DNA of 63,758 bases, filler included, from Hyphochytrium catenoides (GCA_900088475.1; 11 parts of 11 records of this genome joined end to end with filler, not necessarily neighbours in it); one strand, 5' to 3'; positions 12,236-25,099 are shown, numbered from the whole stretch's first letter. Notes: a model not told the origin generated them from the sequence alone. A program made the numbers and translations.

Positions 12236-13198
12236 ATGGATCTCCACCAGATCTCCGGAAAAGCTTCAGAGCTCGTAGACCACTTCTTTCCCCGATGGCG
12301 CGATGACGCAGGCAAGCCTGTGCCCATCCCAAAGTTCTCCGATTTCAATGGCAAGCCTTTCACGCAGGTCTTTGAGCATCTTCCTGCCGGTCTAAGAGAG
12401 ACGCTCTATCCTTTTGAGAGAGAGAAGGTCTTCGATGCGAGAGAATATCCCTCGCTCATGGAGAAGACTCTCCCTCTCGTGCTTCTCATCTGCGGTCTCT
12501 ACCTTGTTCTCTGCTTTGGCGGGCGGTACATTATGGCGTCAAAGGCGCCATTTGACCTGAAGAAAGCGCTCGCGGCGTGGAATCTCTTTCTCTCTGTCTT
12601 CAGTTTTATGGGGATGATCCGTACCGTTCCGCATCTCTTCTCCACTCTGTTTGGCCATGGATACTACGTCGCGGTCTGCGATGACGCCACAGTTTCCTAT
12701 GGCATCGGCGCCTGCGGTGTCTGGGTTCTTCTCTTCGTTCTCTCGAAGATTCCGGAGCTTTTTGACACGATGTTCATCGTTCTGCGGAAGAAGCCGCTGA
12801 TCTTTCTTCATTGGTATCATCATATCACGGTGCTTCTCTATTGCTGGCATGGCTATGCCACGAGGGCACCGAACGCGCTCTTCTTCGTGGCGATGAACTA
12901 TTCTGTCCACGCCGTGATGTACTTCTATTACTTTCTCGCTGCTGTCGGCATCCGAGTGCGCTGGAGCATGCTCGTGACCACGCTGCAGCTCTCGCAGATG
13001 GTGGTTGGCATCATTGTCTGTCTCTCTCCTGTTTATTATTGGCGCCAGGGAAGACAGTGCCGCGCAGATCCGGAGAATCTGAAGTGGGGAACCATTATGT
13101 ACTCTTCTTACTTTGCTCTCTTTCTCAAGTTTTTCATAGAGAGATACTGCCTGGCGAGCAGGACGAGCGCAGGGAAGAGAAAGACAAAGGCGGAGTAA
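12236..13198 (+). CDS. ELO: Fatty-acid elongase (GNS1/SUR4/ELO family, ELOVL6-like)
   Basis: Motifs SKIPELFDT, FLHWYHH His box, MNYSVHAVMYFYY and TTLQLSQM; Lys-rich ER-retention-like C-terminus; intronless. Confidence 0.97.
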   Translation: MDLHQISGKASELVDHFFPRWRDDAGKPVPIPKFSDFNGKPFTQVFEHLPAGLRETLYPFEREKVFDAREYPSLMEKTLPLVLLICGLYLVLCFGGRYIMASKAPFDLKKALAAWNLFLSVFSFMGMIRTVPHLFSTLFGHGYYVAVCDDATVSYGIGACGVWVLLFVLSKIPELFDTMFIVLRKKPLIFLHWYHHITVLLYCWHGYATRAPNALFFVAMNYSVHAVMYFYYFLAAVGIRVRWSMLVTTLQLSQMVVGIIVCLSPVYYWRQGRQCRADPENLKWGTIMYSSYFALFLKFFIERYCLASRTSAGKRKTKAE

Positions 13199-13710
13199 AT
13201 GGAGGAGGAAGAGAGAGAGAGAGAGACGGAGGGGAAATAGGGGTTAGAGGTAAAAGAAAAGAGAGAGAGAGAGAGGAATGCGCACGTGGTAGACGCTACG
13301 GTGGTGACTCTCGCAATAAAATGACCATTTATGATTCTTTGTAGCTTGTTCTCTCTCCCTCTCTGTTTTTTTACCTTCTAGCTCCTCTCCGCTTTAGAAA
13401 GCGCATTTCCGTTGGACGTTTAAGGAGAGAGAGAGAGAGAGAGAGAGAGAGCTTTCGGCTCGATCTGTATGGGGCTGAGGTGACAAAGCATAAGAGCTGC
13501 CTCAAGCAAAGAAAGACAGATGAAGAGGTAGAGATCGTGTCCTTCTTCTTTCCCTTCAAAAGACTTCCACGTGAAATGCAGATATTCCCCTTAAACGGAG
13601 AGAGAGAGAGAGAGAATGTCCCTCGACTCTCTCTGCCATGATCTTTGCTGGAGAACGGTAAAAATTAAGGCAGTACAACGGAAGAGGGAAAGAACGAGAA
13701 GGAAAGCAGC

Positions 13711-13744
<34 letters not shown>

Positions 13745-13748
13745 ACCC

Positions 13749-15458
13749 TCAAGAGTAATCCATCTTCATTGCCATCTCCTCAGGCCAGTCCACGATAGGG
13801 CTTATCAAAAGATAGACGTCAGTCTTCCCTTCTTCTCTCTCTCTTCCCTCTCTCTCTTCCGTATCCCCACCCTTCTGGGAGGAGGTGGGAGAAGGGGAGA
13901 GAAGAGACCAGAAAGAGAGAAAGAGCGCTGCTGCCACTAACAATATCCCCGTGTTATAGAACCAAGTGACAGCTCCAAACTTTAGCGGATCGTCCAAGAT
14001 TGTGATGTCAGCCAGCGCAGAGCTGGCCAGTGGACCGACAAACCGCGCCAAGAAAATGATGGCGGTGGACCATACTTCTCTCTCTCTCTCTCTCCCGGGA
14101 GAAGAGAAGAGAAGGAGGCTGCTTAAGAGAGCATTGGCTACCGAGAGAGAGAGAGAAAAGCCAATGGGGAGAGGAACAAGAGAAGAGAGAAGGATCACCG
14201 GCCAAGGAAGAACTGTCCCGGCAGGATAAATATTGATCAGCATCGCGTTACCGGCCGCTAGGACGAGGATGGCTGCGAGACAGAGGTGCCCTTGATAGAG
14301 AGAAAGCCCTGGCCACTGGCGGCGAGAGAGAAGAGAGAAAGAGAAGAAGGTTAGCGCGGAGACAGTGGCCGAACCGCCCAAGAGAAGGCTGTTCTCTCTC
14401 ACATCCCAGTGATAAAGACGGCACGTGGTAGGGACCAGCACAGTCTCCATGGCCGCCCACGAGCTGTTGACAATGAAAGAGAGAGAGAGAATGACGAAGA
14501 GGCCGAGAAGAGAGTCTCTCTTCCCTTCTCTCTCTCCCATAGCCTGTTTTTCCTCATCTAGTGCAGCGGCAAAGTGGTCTTCCTCTAAGAAAGGTGCGCT
14601 GCTAAGATTGCTTCTTGGTCTTTCTCTTTTTCTTCGTCTTTCTCTCTCTGCGCTGTCTCTTCCATTGTCTATATAACTGGCTGCCTCTTCTTCTTCTTCC
14701 TGTGTGCTGCTCTCGCCTCTCTCTTCTTCTTCTTTCTCTTCCTTCTCTCTCTTCTTTGCTCTCTCTCTCTCTCTGTCTCTCTTTGTCTCTCTTGACAGCA
14801 GAACTTCATAGATAATAACCCCTGCAGCGCTAAGTAGCGCGAGTGCTATCGCGAGGAGAGACGGAAGAGAGAACTGATCCAGCACTAGCGGACCAAGAGA
14901 AGAGACCTCCAAGAGAGAGAGAGAGGCAGAGAGAAAGGGTCCAAAGAGAAGACCCATTGTCTCCCACACGGTAACGCGGAGCAAGGTTCTCTCTCTCTCT
15001 TCCAGGAGAGAGACTGTCTCCAGATGAGTCCTTGCAAGTCCGCCGCTTGTTCCTCCAAAGCCCGTCATTGCTCTAGCAGCGATGACGACCAGTATCTTTC
15101 CTGTTCTCTCTCTCTCTTCTCGAGCCATAATATATAAGGCGTTTCCAGAGATAACGAAGAAGAGAGAGAGAAGAAGAGGGAGAGAGAGTCTTCTTTCTCT
15201 TCCTCCGTACCAATGACTGAAGAGAGGACTGGCTATGGCAGCCATTAGCGGGTAAGCGGCTAGTGCAAGGCCGATATAGAGAGAGGGAAAGTCTCTCTCT
15301 CTCTCTCTTCTCTCCTTGCAACTGCTAAGTGTCTCTCTGTCATCTGTAGAAGAAGAAGCTAGGGCGTCGATGTAGAGAGGGACGGAAGGCAGGACGACTG
15401 AGTACATTAGGGCACTGAGGAAAGTCTGAAGAAAGAGAATGCTTCGTAAGACTGCCAT
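13749..15458 (-). CDS. Major facilitator superfamily transporter (MFSD8-like)
   Basis: 569-aa intronless ORF with about 12 hydrophobic segments in two halves and a charged central loop. Motifs YSVVLPSVPLY, ARAMTGFGG, GLLFGP, ARFVGPL. Confidence 0.88.
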   Translation of the reverse strand: MAVLRSILFLQTFLSALMYSVVLPSVPLYIDALASSSTDDRETLSSCKERRERERDFPSLYIGLALAAYPLMAAIASPLFSHWYGGRERRLSLPLLLSLFFVISGNALYIMAREERERTGKILVVIAARAMTGFGGTSGGLARTHLETVSLLEERERTLLRVTVWETMGLLFGPFLSASLSLLEVSSLGPLVLDQFSLPSLLAIALALLSAAGVIIYEVLLSRETKRDRERERAKKREKEEKEEEERGESSTQEEEEEAASYIDNGRDSAERERRRKRERPRSNLSSAPFLEEDHFAAALDEEKQAMGEREGKRDSLLGLFVILSLSFIVNSSWAAMETVLVPTTCRLYHWDVRENSLLLGGSATVSALTFFSFSLLSRRQWPGLSLYQGHLCLAAILVLAAGNAMLINIYPAGTVLPWPVILLSSLVPLPIGFSLSLSVANALLSSLLLFSSPGREREREVWSTAIIFLARFVGPLASSALADITILDDPLKFGAVTWFYNTGILLVAAALFLSFWSLLSPSPTSSQKGGDTEEREGREREEGKTDVYLLISPIVDWPEEMAMKMDYS

Positions 15459-16184
15459 GTGTCTTTCTCTCTTTCTCTCTCTCTCTTTCTTTCTCTCTCT
15501 TTTTCTCGTTGATATAAGTTCCTTTGTTGCCTCAAAGAAAAGAGGAAAAAAGACGAGAGAGCGTGAGAGTTCGTATCTTTTTCTCTTCGCAAGGCAGTAT
15601 GAAGAGAGAGAGAGAGAGAGAAAGAGAAGAGAGAGAAGAGAGAGAGAGAGAGACGGATAGAGGAAGCCCTGGCCGCGTTACCCGCGTAGAGTAAATGAAC
15701 AGGAAGCAGATGTAACTAGGGACAAAGAAAGAGGGAGGGACAGAAGAGAGAAGAGAGAGAGACTCGCTCAGTAGCAGCTTGTTGTCTCTTCCAAGGCGGT
15801 TGTCATCTCTCTCCTTTCTCTTTCTTTAGAACGATGCAGACGCGTACCGGGATTGCGCAATCATGGCCCAACTACGTCCTTTCTGCAGATAATATTAGGA
15901 AAGGGGAGAGATAGTTGAGAGAGGAGAAGAAAGAGAGCAAGAAAGAAGGCGTGGTTATGAGAAAGAAGTTGAGAGAGAGAGAGAACAAACAGCATCTGCC
16001 GCCGTAAAGTCTCTCTTTTAGGATCTGAATGATGATACATTTATTGCCAAGTTCTTGACTCTACTTCTTGGACCACGTCCAGGACTATGAAGGCTCCGCT
16101 GTAGGCGAAAAGAGAGAGAGAGANNNNNNNNNNNNNNNNNNNNNNNNNNNNNNNNNNNNNNNNNNNNNNNNNNNNNNNNNNNNN

Positions 16185-16215
<31 letters not shown>

Positions 16216-16419
16216 CAGAGAGACAGAGAGGTAGATATCACAATGTGAGGCTCAAAGGCCACGATGTTCAAAAGACTATGACCCGTTGTCTTTCTTTCTC
16301 CCCGAGTCTCTTTATCTCTTTTTGTTTTGCTCTTGCTTCCCTATGGCGTCCTATCTCACCCTTAATACTCTCTCTCTCTTCTCTCCACTAATCTGTCTCT
16401 CTGGCGATTTCTCCCTATC

Positions 16420-17086
16420 TCAGTCTCTCTCTGTCTGGCTGTCTCTCTCTCTCTCTCTCTGTATGTCTAGAGTGCTCTTGCCTTGTTGTCTTCGCAGAGC
16501 CGCTGCCGGAGAGCCACTTAGGGAAAGAGTGGAAGCTGAGAGAGAGAGATCTGTGCAATCCTCTCTCTCTTCTGCTAGCGCTCCTGCCTCGGCAGCGACG
16601 GTACGACCGTCCTGGAAGGGAAAGATAGGGAAAGATCCCCGATAAAAGCGTTAATGATTAGACCAGAGAGAGAGAAAGAGAAAAGAAGGAAAGAGAGAGG
16701 GAGAGGAATGGGAAAATCTCAAAGAAAGGCATATTCACTACACACATAGAGACATAGGAGAGGAACCGAGGGAAGAAAGGGAGAGAGAAAGGGGGGGAAG
16801 AGAGAGACAGAGAAAGAGAGACAGAGAGAGAGAGACACTGCACAAGAGAGAGAGAGAGGGGGGGGGGGAGAGAGAGAGAGAGAGAGAGAGAGTGAGCGAG
16901 AAAGAGAGAGAAATGGGGGGGAGAGAAAGGGAATGAGGAGGTAGACCTTGAGGACAATGGTCCCATCTTCCCTTATCTCTGCCACAGGAACGCCCAGTTG
17001 GGCCAGCACTTGACTGAGATATAACAGGCGGTTGGCCTTCAAAACTAAGGAGAGCAGCAGAAAGAGAATTAGCAGCCACAAGAGAG

Positions 17087-17134
<48 letters not shown>

Positions 17135-18059
17135 AGAGAAAGCGAGAGTGGTCTGACAGAAGGAGAGGAGAGAGAAACAGAGAATGCAGCAGAGAAACAG
17201 GCAGAGAGAAATGGAGAGGAAGAGAGACAGAGAAGACCACGGACAGAAGATAAGATCAAAGGGAGAGAGAGGTTAGAGAAACACCAAGGAATAAGAGTAG
17301 AAGAAGAGACAAGAGAGAGAGAAAAAAAGAGAATGAGAGAGAGATTCTGAGGGGGATAAAGCTTTAATGCCAAGGAAAATGGCCAAGAGGAAGAGCCTTT
17401 ACCATGGATCTGCTTCCGAAGCTGCAAATTTTCTTCATGGAGCGCTCTCAGTCTCTTCTCCTTCTCGTCGCCAGAGCTGGCAAGATAGTTTACACGAGGC
17501 TGCAACCGGGGGAGACACACGCACGACGGAAGAGAGAGAAAGAGAGAGAGAGAAAGAGAATGAGAGAGAGAGAAAGAGAGAAGTCCCATTAGAACCAGAC
17601 TCTTAACCGCTTCTGAGCGAGAGTGAGAGATAAATACGAGCCCAAATAGTCAAATGGGAGGAAAGAGAGGGGAAGATGAAAGAGAAAGAGAGAGAGTCTG
17701 GAAAGAGATAGAAAAAGAAGTAGAGTTCGGAAGAAAGAGGAAGTAGAAAGACAAGAAGAGAGGGATCAAGAGAGAAGTGAATACACCAAAAGAGAAAGAA
17801 CGGAGAGTAAGAAGAGAGAGACAGAGAGAGAGACACAGGGACAGAGAGAGAGACAGAGACAATGTTGATTCAGTATCCTCTTCACCTGGTTCATAACTTT
17901 TCTGCATCTATTGGCGAACTGAAGTGTCCCGAGGCACTCTTCATAATGCTCAGACATTGGCAGCACAGTGGCCAACAGCGTCGTGAAGGAGTTACCACCT
18001 GCGGCATCCGGGGATAGTAGACAGAGAAGTCGCAGGGAGAGAGAAGAGAAGATGAAGAG

Positions 18060-18102
<43 letters not shown>

Positions 18103-18616
18103 GTGAGAGTCGGAGAACACCTGCAAAATGAGTGGGAATGAATGGAGAAAAGAGAGCACATTTTCAACGCTAGAAGCTGCTGAGGACGAAGAGATAGATA
18201 GATAGATAAATAGAGAGAGGAGAGAGGAGAGAGGAGAAAGAGAGAGAGGAGAGAGAGAGAGAGAGAGTGAGAGTGAGAGAAAGAGAGCAGAAAGAAAGAA
18301 ACTACAAGACAGTATTGCTCCTTCAGGGGATGGAAATCCCGGACTCCACGCCAGAAGAGAGAGAGTTTGTTGAAATTGAGGATAGAGAAAGAGAGGAATA
18401 TTCAGCCGCAAATAAAAAGAGAAAGGGAGAAACCGAGAAGCAGGGAAGAGGAAAGAGAGAGAGAGAGACACGGAGTGAATCCCGAGAGGAGAGGAGAGAA
18501 GAGCTCACAGACCTAAGCTATTCTGCAATAATCTTGTGAGCTTGGAGTCTCTATAAGGAACATAAGCATTGGGATTTGACGGATCAAGCGCCATGACCAC
18601 CTGCGCAGGAGAATTT

Positions 18617-18649
<33 letters not shown>

Positions 18650-18826
18650 AAGCGAGAGAGAGAGAGAAATAAAGAGAGAGAGAGAGAACGGAGAGAGAAG
18701 CGTTGAGGAGAGCGAAAGAGAAGAGAGAGTGTGGCATAGAGAGGGAAGCACAATTCAAGGTGGAGGTCTAAAGGCTATACAGAGCCGAGGCGAAGCATGT
18801 TCATTGCTGTCGGAAACGAAGGTCCA

Positions 18827-18859
<33 letters not shown>

Positions 18860-20184
18860 TTCACTGTTTCTCTCCCTACTCTCTCTCTCCTCTCTTTCTC
18901 CCCATCCCTCCCTCCCCCAGAGCTTGTTCTTTCTCTCTCTGTACCTTGCCTAGAGCGCTTAAGCTCGTGTTGATGAAGAGCGCCTCCTTCAGTCTATCGC
19001 CCTCTGACTCGCTCTTCTTCAGTCTCTCCGACCTGAGAGAAAAGTAAGGATTGTAAGTCATTCAGACAAAAGGGACAAGAAGCTAGCGAGTGCCGGGTGG
19101 AAGCNNNNNNNNNNNNNNNNNNNNNNNNNNNNNNNNNNNNNNNNNNNNNNNNNNNNNNNNNNNNNNNNNNNNNNNNNNNNNNNNNNNNNNAGAGAGATAA
19201 AAGAGAAATAGAGAGAGACAGAGGGAGAGAGAAGAGATACCTTTCCAAAATAAAGACAGAAAATAAGAGACAGAGGAAGAGAAGAGAAGGAGAAGGGAGG
19301 GAAAAGAGACAGAGAGAGACAGAGAGACGCAAAGAAGAGAGGGGAAGAGAAAGGAATATCAGGAGAGAAGAAGAGAGGAGGCGAGGGGAGAGAGCGAGAT
19401 AGACAAAGAGAAGGGGAGAGAGAGAGAGAGAGAAGAGACTTTAGTGTCCCTACCCAGCGAGATCGATCAGGTTGAGCTGAGAGGAAATCTGCTCCTCGGT
19501 CCGTAGATCTAACGGAGAGAGAAAGAGAGGAATGTTGGATGAGCTTCAGAGCAACCAACCAAGAAAGGCTGATAAAGTCTGAAAGAGAACAGGCAAGAGT
19601 ATAGACAGAATCAGAGAGAGGAGAGACAAGATAGAGAGAGAGGCACACGCCGAGAGAGAGACAGAGAGAGAGAGAGAGATGCAGATGCAAGCATAAAGTA
19701 ATGCCACACAGATTAGCGAATACAAGGACCCTCAAAGACCTGTCAGAGAGGACAAGAGACAGAGGAACAGAGAAAGGAGAGAGAGGAGAGTGAAAGAGAG
19801 ANNNNNNNNNNNNNNNNNNNNNNNNNNNNNNNNNNNNNTATGCACCACTGCTAGAGCCTGTGAAGCGAGAGAGAGAGAGACAGAGAGAGAGAAGGAGAGA
19901 GAGGGGATGAGAGAGAAAGGTAGAGCCGCATGCGTGAGCGCAGAAAGGAAGGAGGTAAAAGTAATGAAGTATCGCCGTTAGAATCCAAGCCAACTATCAA
20001 AGAAGATAGAGAGAAGAGAGACAGAGAGAGAGACAGAGAGAAAGAAACAAGCTACGAGACAAAAGAAGGCGGACCTCATCAGGTGAGCCCACGGGTATGA
20101 GAGATAGATCCTGAACAAAGACATTGCCATCCTCATCCTCCCGGATCTCATAGCTTACTGTAGCGTGCCAGGAAAGAGAGAGCG

Positions 20185-20237
<53 letters not shown>

Positions 20238-20601
20238 GGAATGAGTAACAGAAGAAAAGGGAGAGACAGAGAGGTTGTTTATGAGAGCAAGGAAGGAGAA
20301 GTGAAGGTAGAGTGGGCAGGAAATAGGGACCAGTCAGTACACGAACATCTAGATAAGAAGGGAGAGGCAAAGCCAGGAGAGAGTAAAGCTTCTCTTGTAA
20401 CTTCTCCTGTTGTCTGTGTGCNNNNNNNNNNNNNNNNNNNNNNNNNNNNNNNNNNNNNNNNNNNNNNNNNNNNNNNNNNNNNNNNNNNNNNNNNTCTTCT
20501 CTCTCTCTGTCTCTCTGGTGTCTTCTCTTCCTTCTCCCTCGCATCCCCGTCCCTTCATCATTTTTTCTTCGTTCTTTCTCTTACTCTCTTTCTTTCTTTC
20601 T

Positions 20602-20635
<34 letters not shown>

Positions 20636-20954
20636 GTTCCCCATCCATCCATCCCCCGCCATGCCTCTGGCAGGTCCTCTGTGTGTCGTGGGGTACCTGG
20701 GCCATTCTCGTTGTTATTCCTGAGATTCTCTCTCTGATTCGCGTACCACTCAATCGTTTTTGCAGGACCGCCCTTGTCCAAGTACCTAGAGAATGAAAAG
20801 AGAGAGAGAGAGAGAACGAGAGAGAGAGAAAGAGAGCAAAAGAGAGGGAGAGAAAGCAGAAAGAACGGAGCAGGGGTGAGAGAAAGAGCCAAAGTAGAGT
20901 GAAGATCAGAGAAAGAATAGATAATCCTTGACCATGTGAGAAAAAAGAGAGCAA

Positions 20955-20993
<39 letters not shown>

Positions 20994-21427
20994 GGGCATA
21001 GCCTGCCAAGACACTGAGCCAAAAGGACCTTGCAGGTAGGGAAAAGAAGAAGTAAGCGAGGCAGGCCAAAGAGAGAGAGAATGCAATGAGTAGGGAACAA
21101 AGAGAGAGACACCACACAGGGCCATTCTCTGGAGAGGCTAGTATTCTCTCTCTCTCTTTCTTACTCTTTCCCAAGATCTCTGATTTGGTCCAGGTAGAGC
21201 TCCAGAAAGCTAACCAGCACGCTAATGGACTGGTTAAAAGAAGAGAAAAGTTAAACGGGAGAGAACAAGGAGGAGAAAATGCAGGAGAGATGGCGAAACC
21301 TGCCACGGAGGAGAAGACACCTGTAAGACCCCGAGAGGCAGGGATTGGGTAGTCAGGAGACATTGAAAGAGAGAGGGAGAGAGATTGATAGGGTCGGAGT
21401 GGTGAGAGAGAGACGGAGGGGGGACGA

Positions 21428-21473
<46 letters not shown>

Positions 21474-21816
21474 GGAGAGGAGAGAGAATCAAGAGGTGGT
21501 GTAGTCCTGTCGCACCACCACGCTCTTTCGACAACAGCCGACCCTTCATTTCTCTCTCCCTCTCTCCCTCTCTCTTTCTCTCTTCCTCTCTCTCTCTCTC
21601 TCTGTGTTCTGCCATTTGCCGTTCTTCTGCTATTCCCTACCTTCTGCTGTGCTCTATTCTCCACGCAGCGGAAGAGATACTCAATGCTCCGGGGGAGCAA
21701 TCCTCTAGAGTCCCCGTTGCCTCCGAAGATACTGAAGCGTTAGGGCGAGAAGAAGACAAAGAATGATAGTCTGTTAGACAGAGGAGGGGGGGCGGCTCAT
21801 TCTAGGAGAGCGAAAG

Positions 21817-21882
<66 letters not shown>

Positions 21883-22692
21883 GAAAGAGAAAGAGGAGGG
21901 AGAGAAAGTTTAATAGAGAGCAAAAGAAAGAAAAAAGAAGAAAAGAAAGACTGAGAGACAGTGTGTGGGAGAGAACGAGCTACAGAGGGAGCAAGCGACA
22001 GAGAAGTTGAGAGCCTGGGAGAAAACCAGCTACAGAAGGGAGAGAGAATAAGGGAGGGAGAGAGAGAGATGCCAAAAGCTGCAGAGAGGTCGTTGTTTGT
22101 CGTACGAGTAAGTCTTCCCGGAGCCTGTCTGCCCATAAGCAAAGCAGCAGCCATTCATCCCTCGTAGGCAATAATCTACCTGAGGCTTGGCCACCTTTCG
22201 GGGCAGATAAGTAAGGGAAAAAGAGAGAGAGGGAGAGAGAGAGAGAGAGAGAGCGAGAGGGAGAGAGAGAGAGACAGAGACAGTGAGGGAAAGGGAGGGG
22301 GGAGCCAGGGAGGAAGAGATGGGGAAGAGAATGGAGATGAGGAAGAAAGATGGACAAGCACGGAAAGTAAGAGAGAAGGTTTATATAGGAGAGAGCGAGA
22401 AATTAGACAGACAGACAGAGAGAGAGAGAGGAATATCCAGTAAAAGACAAGTAGAGACGCTATTCACGGCCAGAGACAGAGAGAGAAAGGGAGAGAACGA
22501 GAGACAGCGCAGAGAAATAAAGAGGGAGGAGACATGATAGAAAAGAAGAGAGAGGGCCTATCAGAGAGACAGAAGAAGGATGAAGAAGGAGACAGGGAGC
22601 AATGAACGCACTGCGAGGAAGATATCCTCCTGCCCAGCATTAGACATGAAGACTTTGTCGAACATGAACGCATGCTGACTGGCGGCACCGTC
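16420..22692 (-). CDS. Kinesin motor protein, at least 14 exons, 5' end and switch-I exon unresolved
   Basis: Phase-consistent exons: 22692-22612 (FMFDKVF), 22194-22106 (FAYGQTGSGKTY P-loop), 21731-21641 (GLLPRSI), 21229-21165 (VSFLELYLDQIRDL), 20785-20697, 20157-20075, 19857-gap, 19508-19454 (LNLIDLAG), 19032-18945 (SERLKK...INTSLSALG), 18600-18513 (VPYRDSKLTRLLQNSLG), 17998-17886 (GGNS...TLQFANR), 17499-17403, 17044-16947, 16611-16420. Confidence 0.95.
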
Positions 22693-23455
22693 CTGATGAA
22701 GATGAGAGGAGAGAGAGAGAGAGACCAAGAGAGATGCAGGGATTGATAGAGCGAAGGAGCGTGAGAGCACCGAGGGAGAGAGAACAGGAGAAAGAGGGAG
22801 AGGCCGACAAAGAACGAAAGGGTGAAAGGGGGAAGCCGAAAGAGGGCGGAGAGAGAGAGAGAGAGAGNNNNNNNNNNNNNNNNNNNNNNNNNNNNNNNNN
22901 NNNNNNNNNNNNNNNNNNNNNNNNNNNNNNNNAGAGAGAGAGAGAGAGGGAGAGAGGGGGGAGACCGTCAACGTTAGGATTGGGCCTGAGGTGAGAGAGG
23001 TGAGATTTAAACCAAGGGGGGAGAGACGGTCTGGACCAAGGGAGGCAGAGAGAGAGAACAAGAGAAAAAAATATGAACTAGAGAAGCAGCAAAACAGAAT
23101 GGAAGGGGCGAGACGTTGCGAGATGTGGGAAGATGCATCTGAATGTTGACGGCTCATCATCCCTTCTCTCTCTCTCTCGCTTTCTCTCTCCGTCACTCTC
23201 TCTTTCGCCCTCTTTCGTGGGCCGGCCCTGCGGTTTCGCTCTTCTTTTCTTTCCCCGCTTTGTCCCTCTCTGCCTCTCTTCTAAACTCGCTCTCGCTGTC
23301 TCCCGACCTATGTTTCGTTGTCTCTCTCTTGCTCCCAGGTCCTCCTCTCGCCTCTCCCTCTTTCTCTCTCTCTCTTTTCTTCATGTGTCTCTCTCTTGCT
23401 CCCTCTCTTTTTCTTTCTCTCTCTCTCTCTCGCTATCTCTCTCTCTCTCTCTCTC

Positions 23456-23555
23456 NNNNNNNNNNNNNNNNNNNNNNNNNNNNNNNNNNNNNNNNNNNNT
23501 TAATTAATTAANNNNNNNNNNNNNNNNNNNNNNNNNNNNNNNNNNNNNNNNNNNN
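23456..23555. other. Artificial scaffold spacer
   Basis: N44-TTAATTAATTAA-N44. Confidence 0.98.
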
Positions 23556-23893
23556 GAGAGAGAGGGGGGGAGAGAGAGAGAGAGAGAGAGACCCAGTAGG
23601 AAAGGAAAGAGACTGAAGAGGGGGAGACAGAGGTGAGAAAGAGATCAAGGAGGAGGGATAACAAAAGAGAACAAAAATGGAGGAGAGAGAGCAGCACAGA
23701 AGAGAAACGACGAATGAGAGAAGAGACAGCAATAGGATGCCAGCCACCAGAGCCGAACACTTCTTTCTATGGGGAAAGAGAACGGAAAGCGTGGAATGAG
23801 AAGTGAAAGCGGTGAGAGAGAGAGAGAGAGAGAGAGAGAAAGCAAGAGAGAATGGGAGTCAATGAAGAGAGTCATAACCACGATGCAAAGAAG

Positions 23894-23933
<40 letters not shown>

Positions 23934-24509
23934 AGAAACGCCAAGAGCAGGAGAGAAGAACGATAGAGAGTGCCCTATAAAGAGGAGGACGATAGAAAAG
24001 GCGAGAGAAAAAGAGAGAGAGACAGCAAAAACGAATCTGAAGTGAAAAGGACGGAGAGGAAAGAGAGCAAGAAAGAGCTAAAGAAGAGGAGAACGAGCCC
24101 AGTTCTCATATCAACGGAAGGAAAGAGGCTGGAGTGTCATATGAACAGGTTTGCAAAGAAAGAAGAAATAAGATATGATGCAGGGAGAAGAGAAGAGAAG
24201 AGAGAGAGAGAAAAGGAGAGAAAGAGAGAGAGACCCGGGTGAACGTAGGGAAAAGAGCAAGTACTTTGACAAAGGAAAGAGAGAAGACACAGCGCTAGCA
24301 ATTTTTCCATAGCGAAAAGGGAGGACAGACAGAGAGAGAAGAGACGAAGAGAGAAACAGAGACAGGAGGGTCGGAGAGACGAGAGAGAGAGAGAGACCCA
24401 AGAGAGAGGGGAGACACGCACAAGAGAGAGAGAGAGAGAGGGAGACAGTGATCCTGGTCATAGATCTCTCTCCCTTCAAACATAAAGGAGATCAGGGACA
24501 GAAGCTTAC

Positions 24510-25066
24510 CACAATTTGACTCGATTCTCTTCTGAGCGGCATCAAGGAACAAGAGAGAGAGAAGAGAGAGAGAAAGAGAGAGAGATCGAGAATGAATGAA
24601 AGGAGAAAGAGAGAGAGAAACCACAAGAGAGAAAAGAGGAGAGAGAGAGAGAGAGAAAGGTGTTTTCTTTTAGGAGAGACAGCGTAAGGTAGAAACGTTA
24701 TGACGCTGGGCGAAGAATGGCATCCGAATCGCATGGAGGATTCTTCTCTCTCCTCTCCGTCGAGCAGTTTCTCTTCTGAAAGCGTCTTCCCCGATCCTCC
24801 GATGCTTTCTCTTACACTCGACTTCTCTCTCCCTCTCTTTCTCTCCTCTTCACCAGGATTTGCCCAGATTTTATCCCTTTGAGGGAGAGAGAGATTCGTG
24901 GAAAGAGAGAGAGTGAGAGAGAGAGAGGGAAGATGGTCAAAGTGGAGAGAGAGAGAGGAAGAGAGAAGTAAGAGATGTAAGTACATTTACTTACGAAAAC
25001 CGCTGATGGGTCACAAATAGTGCCGATGCCAATGTCCAGCAATCTCTCTCTCTCTCCCTCTCTCTG

Positions 25067-25099
<33 letters not shown>

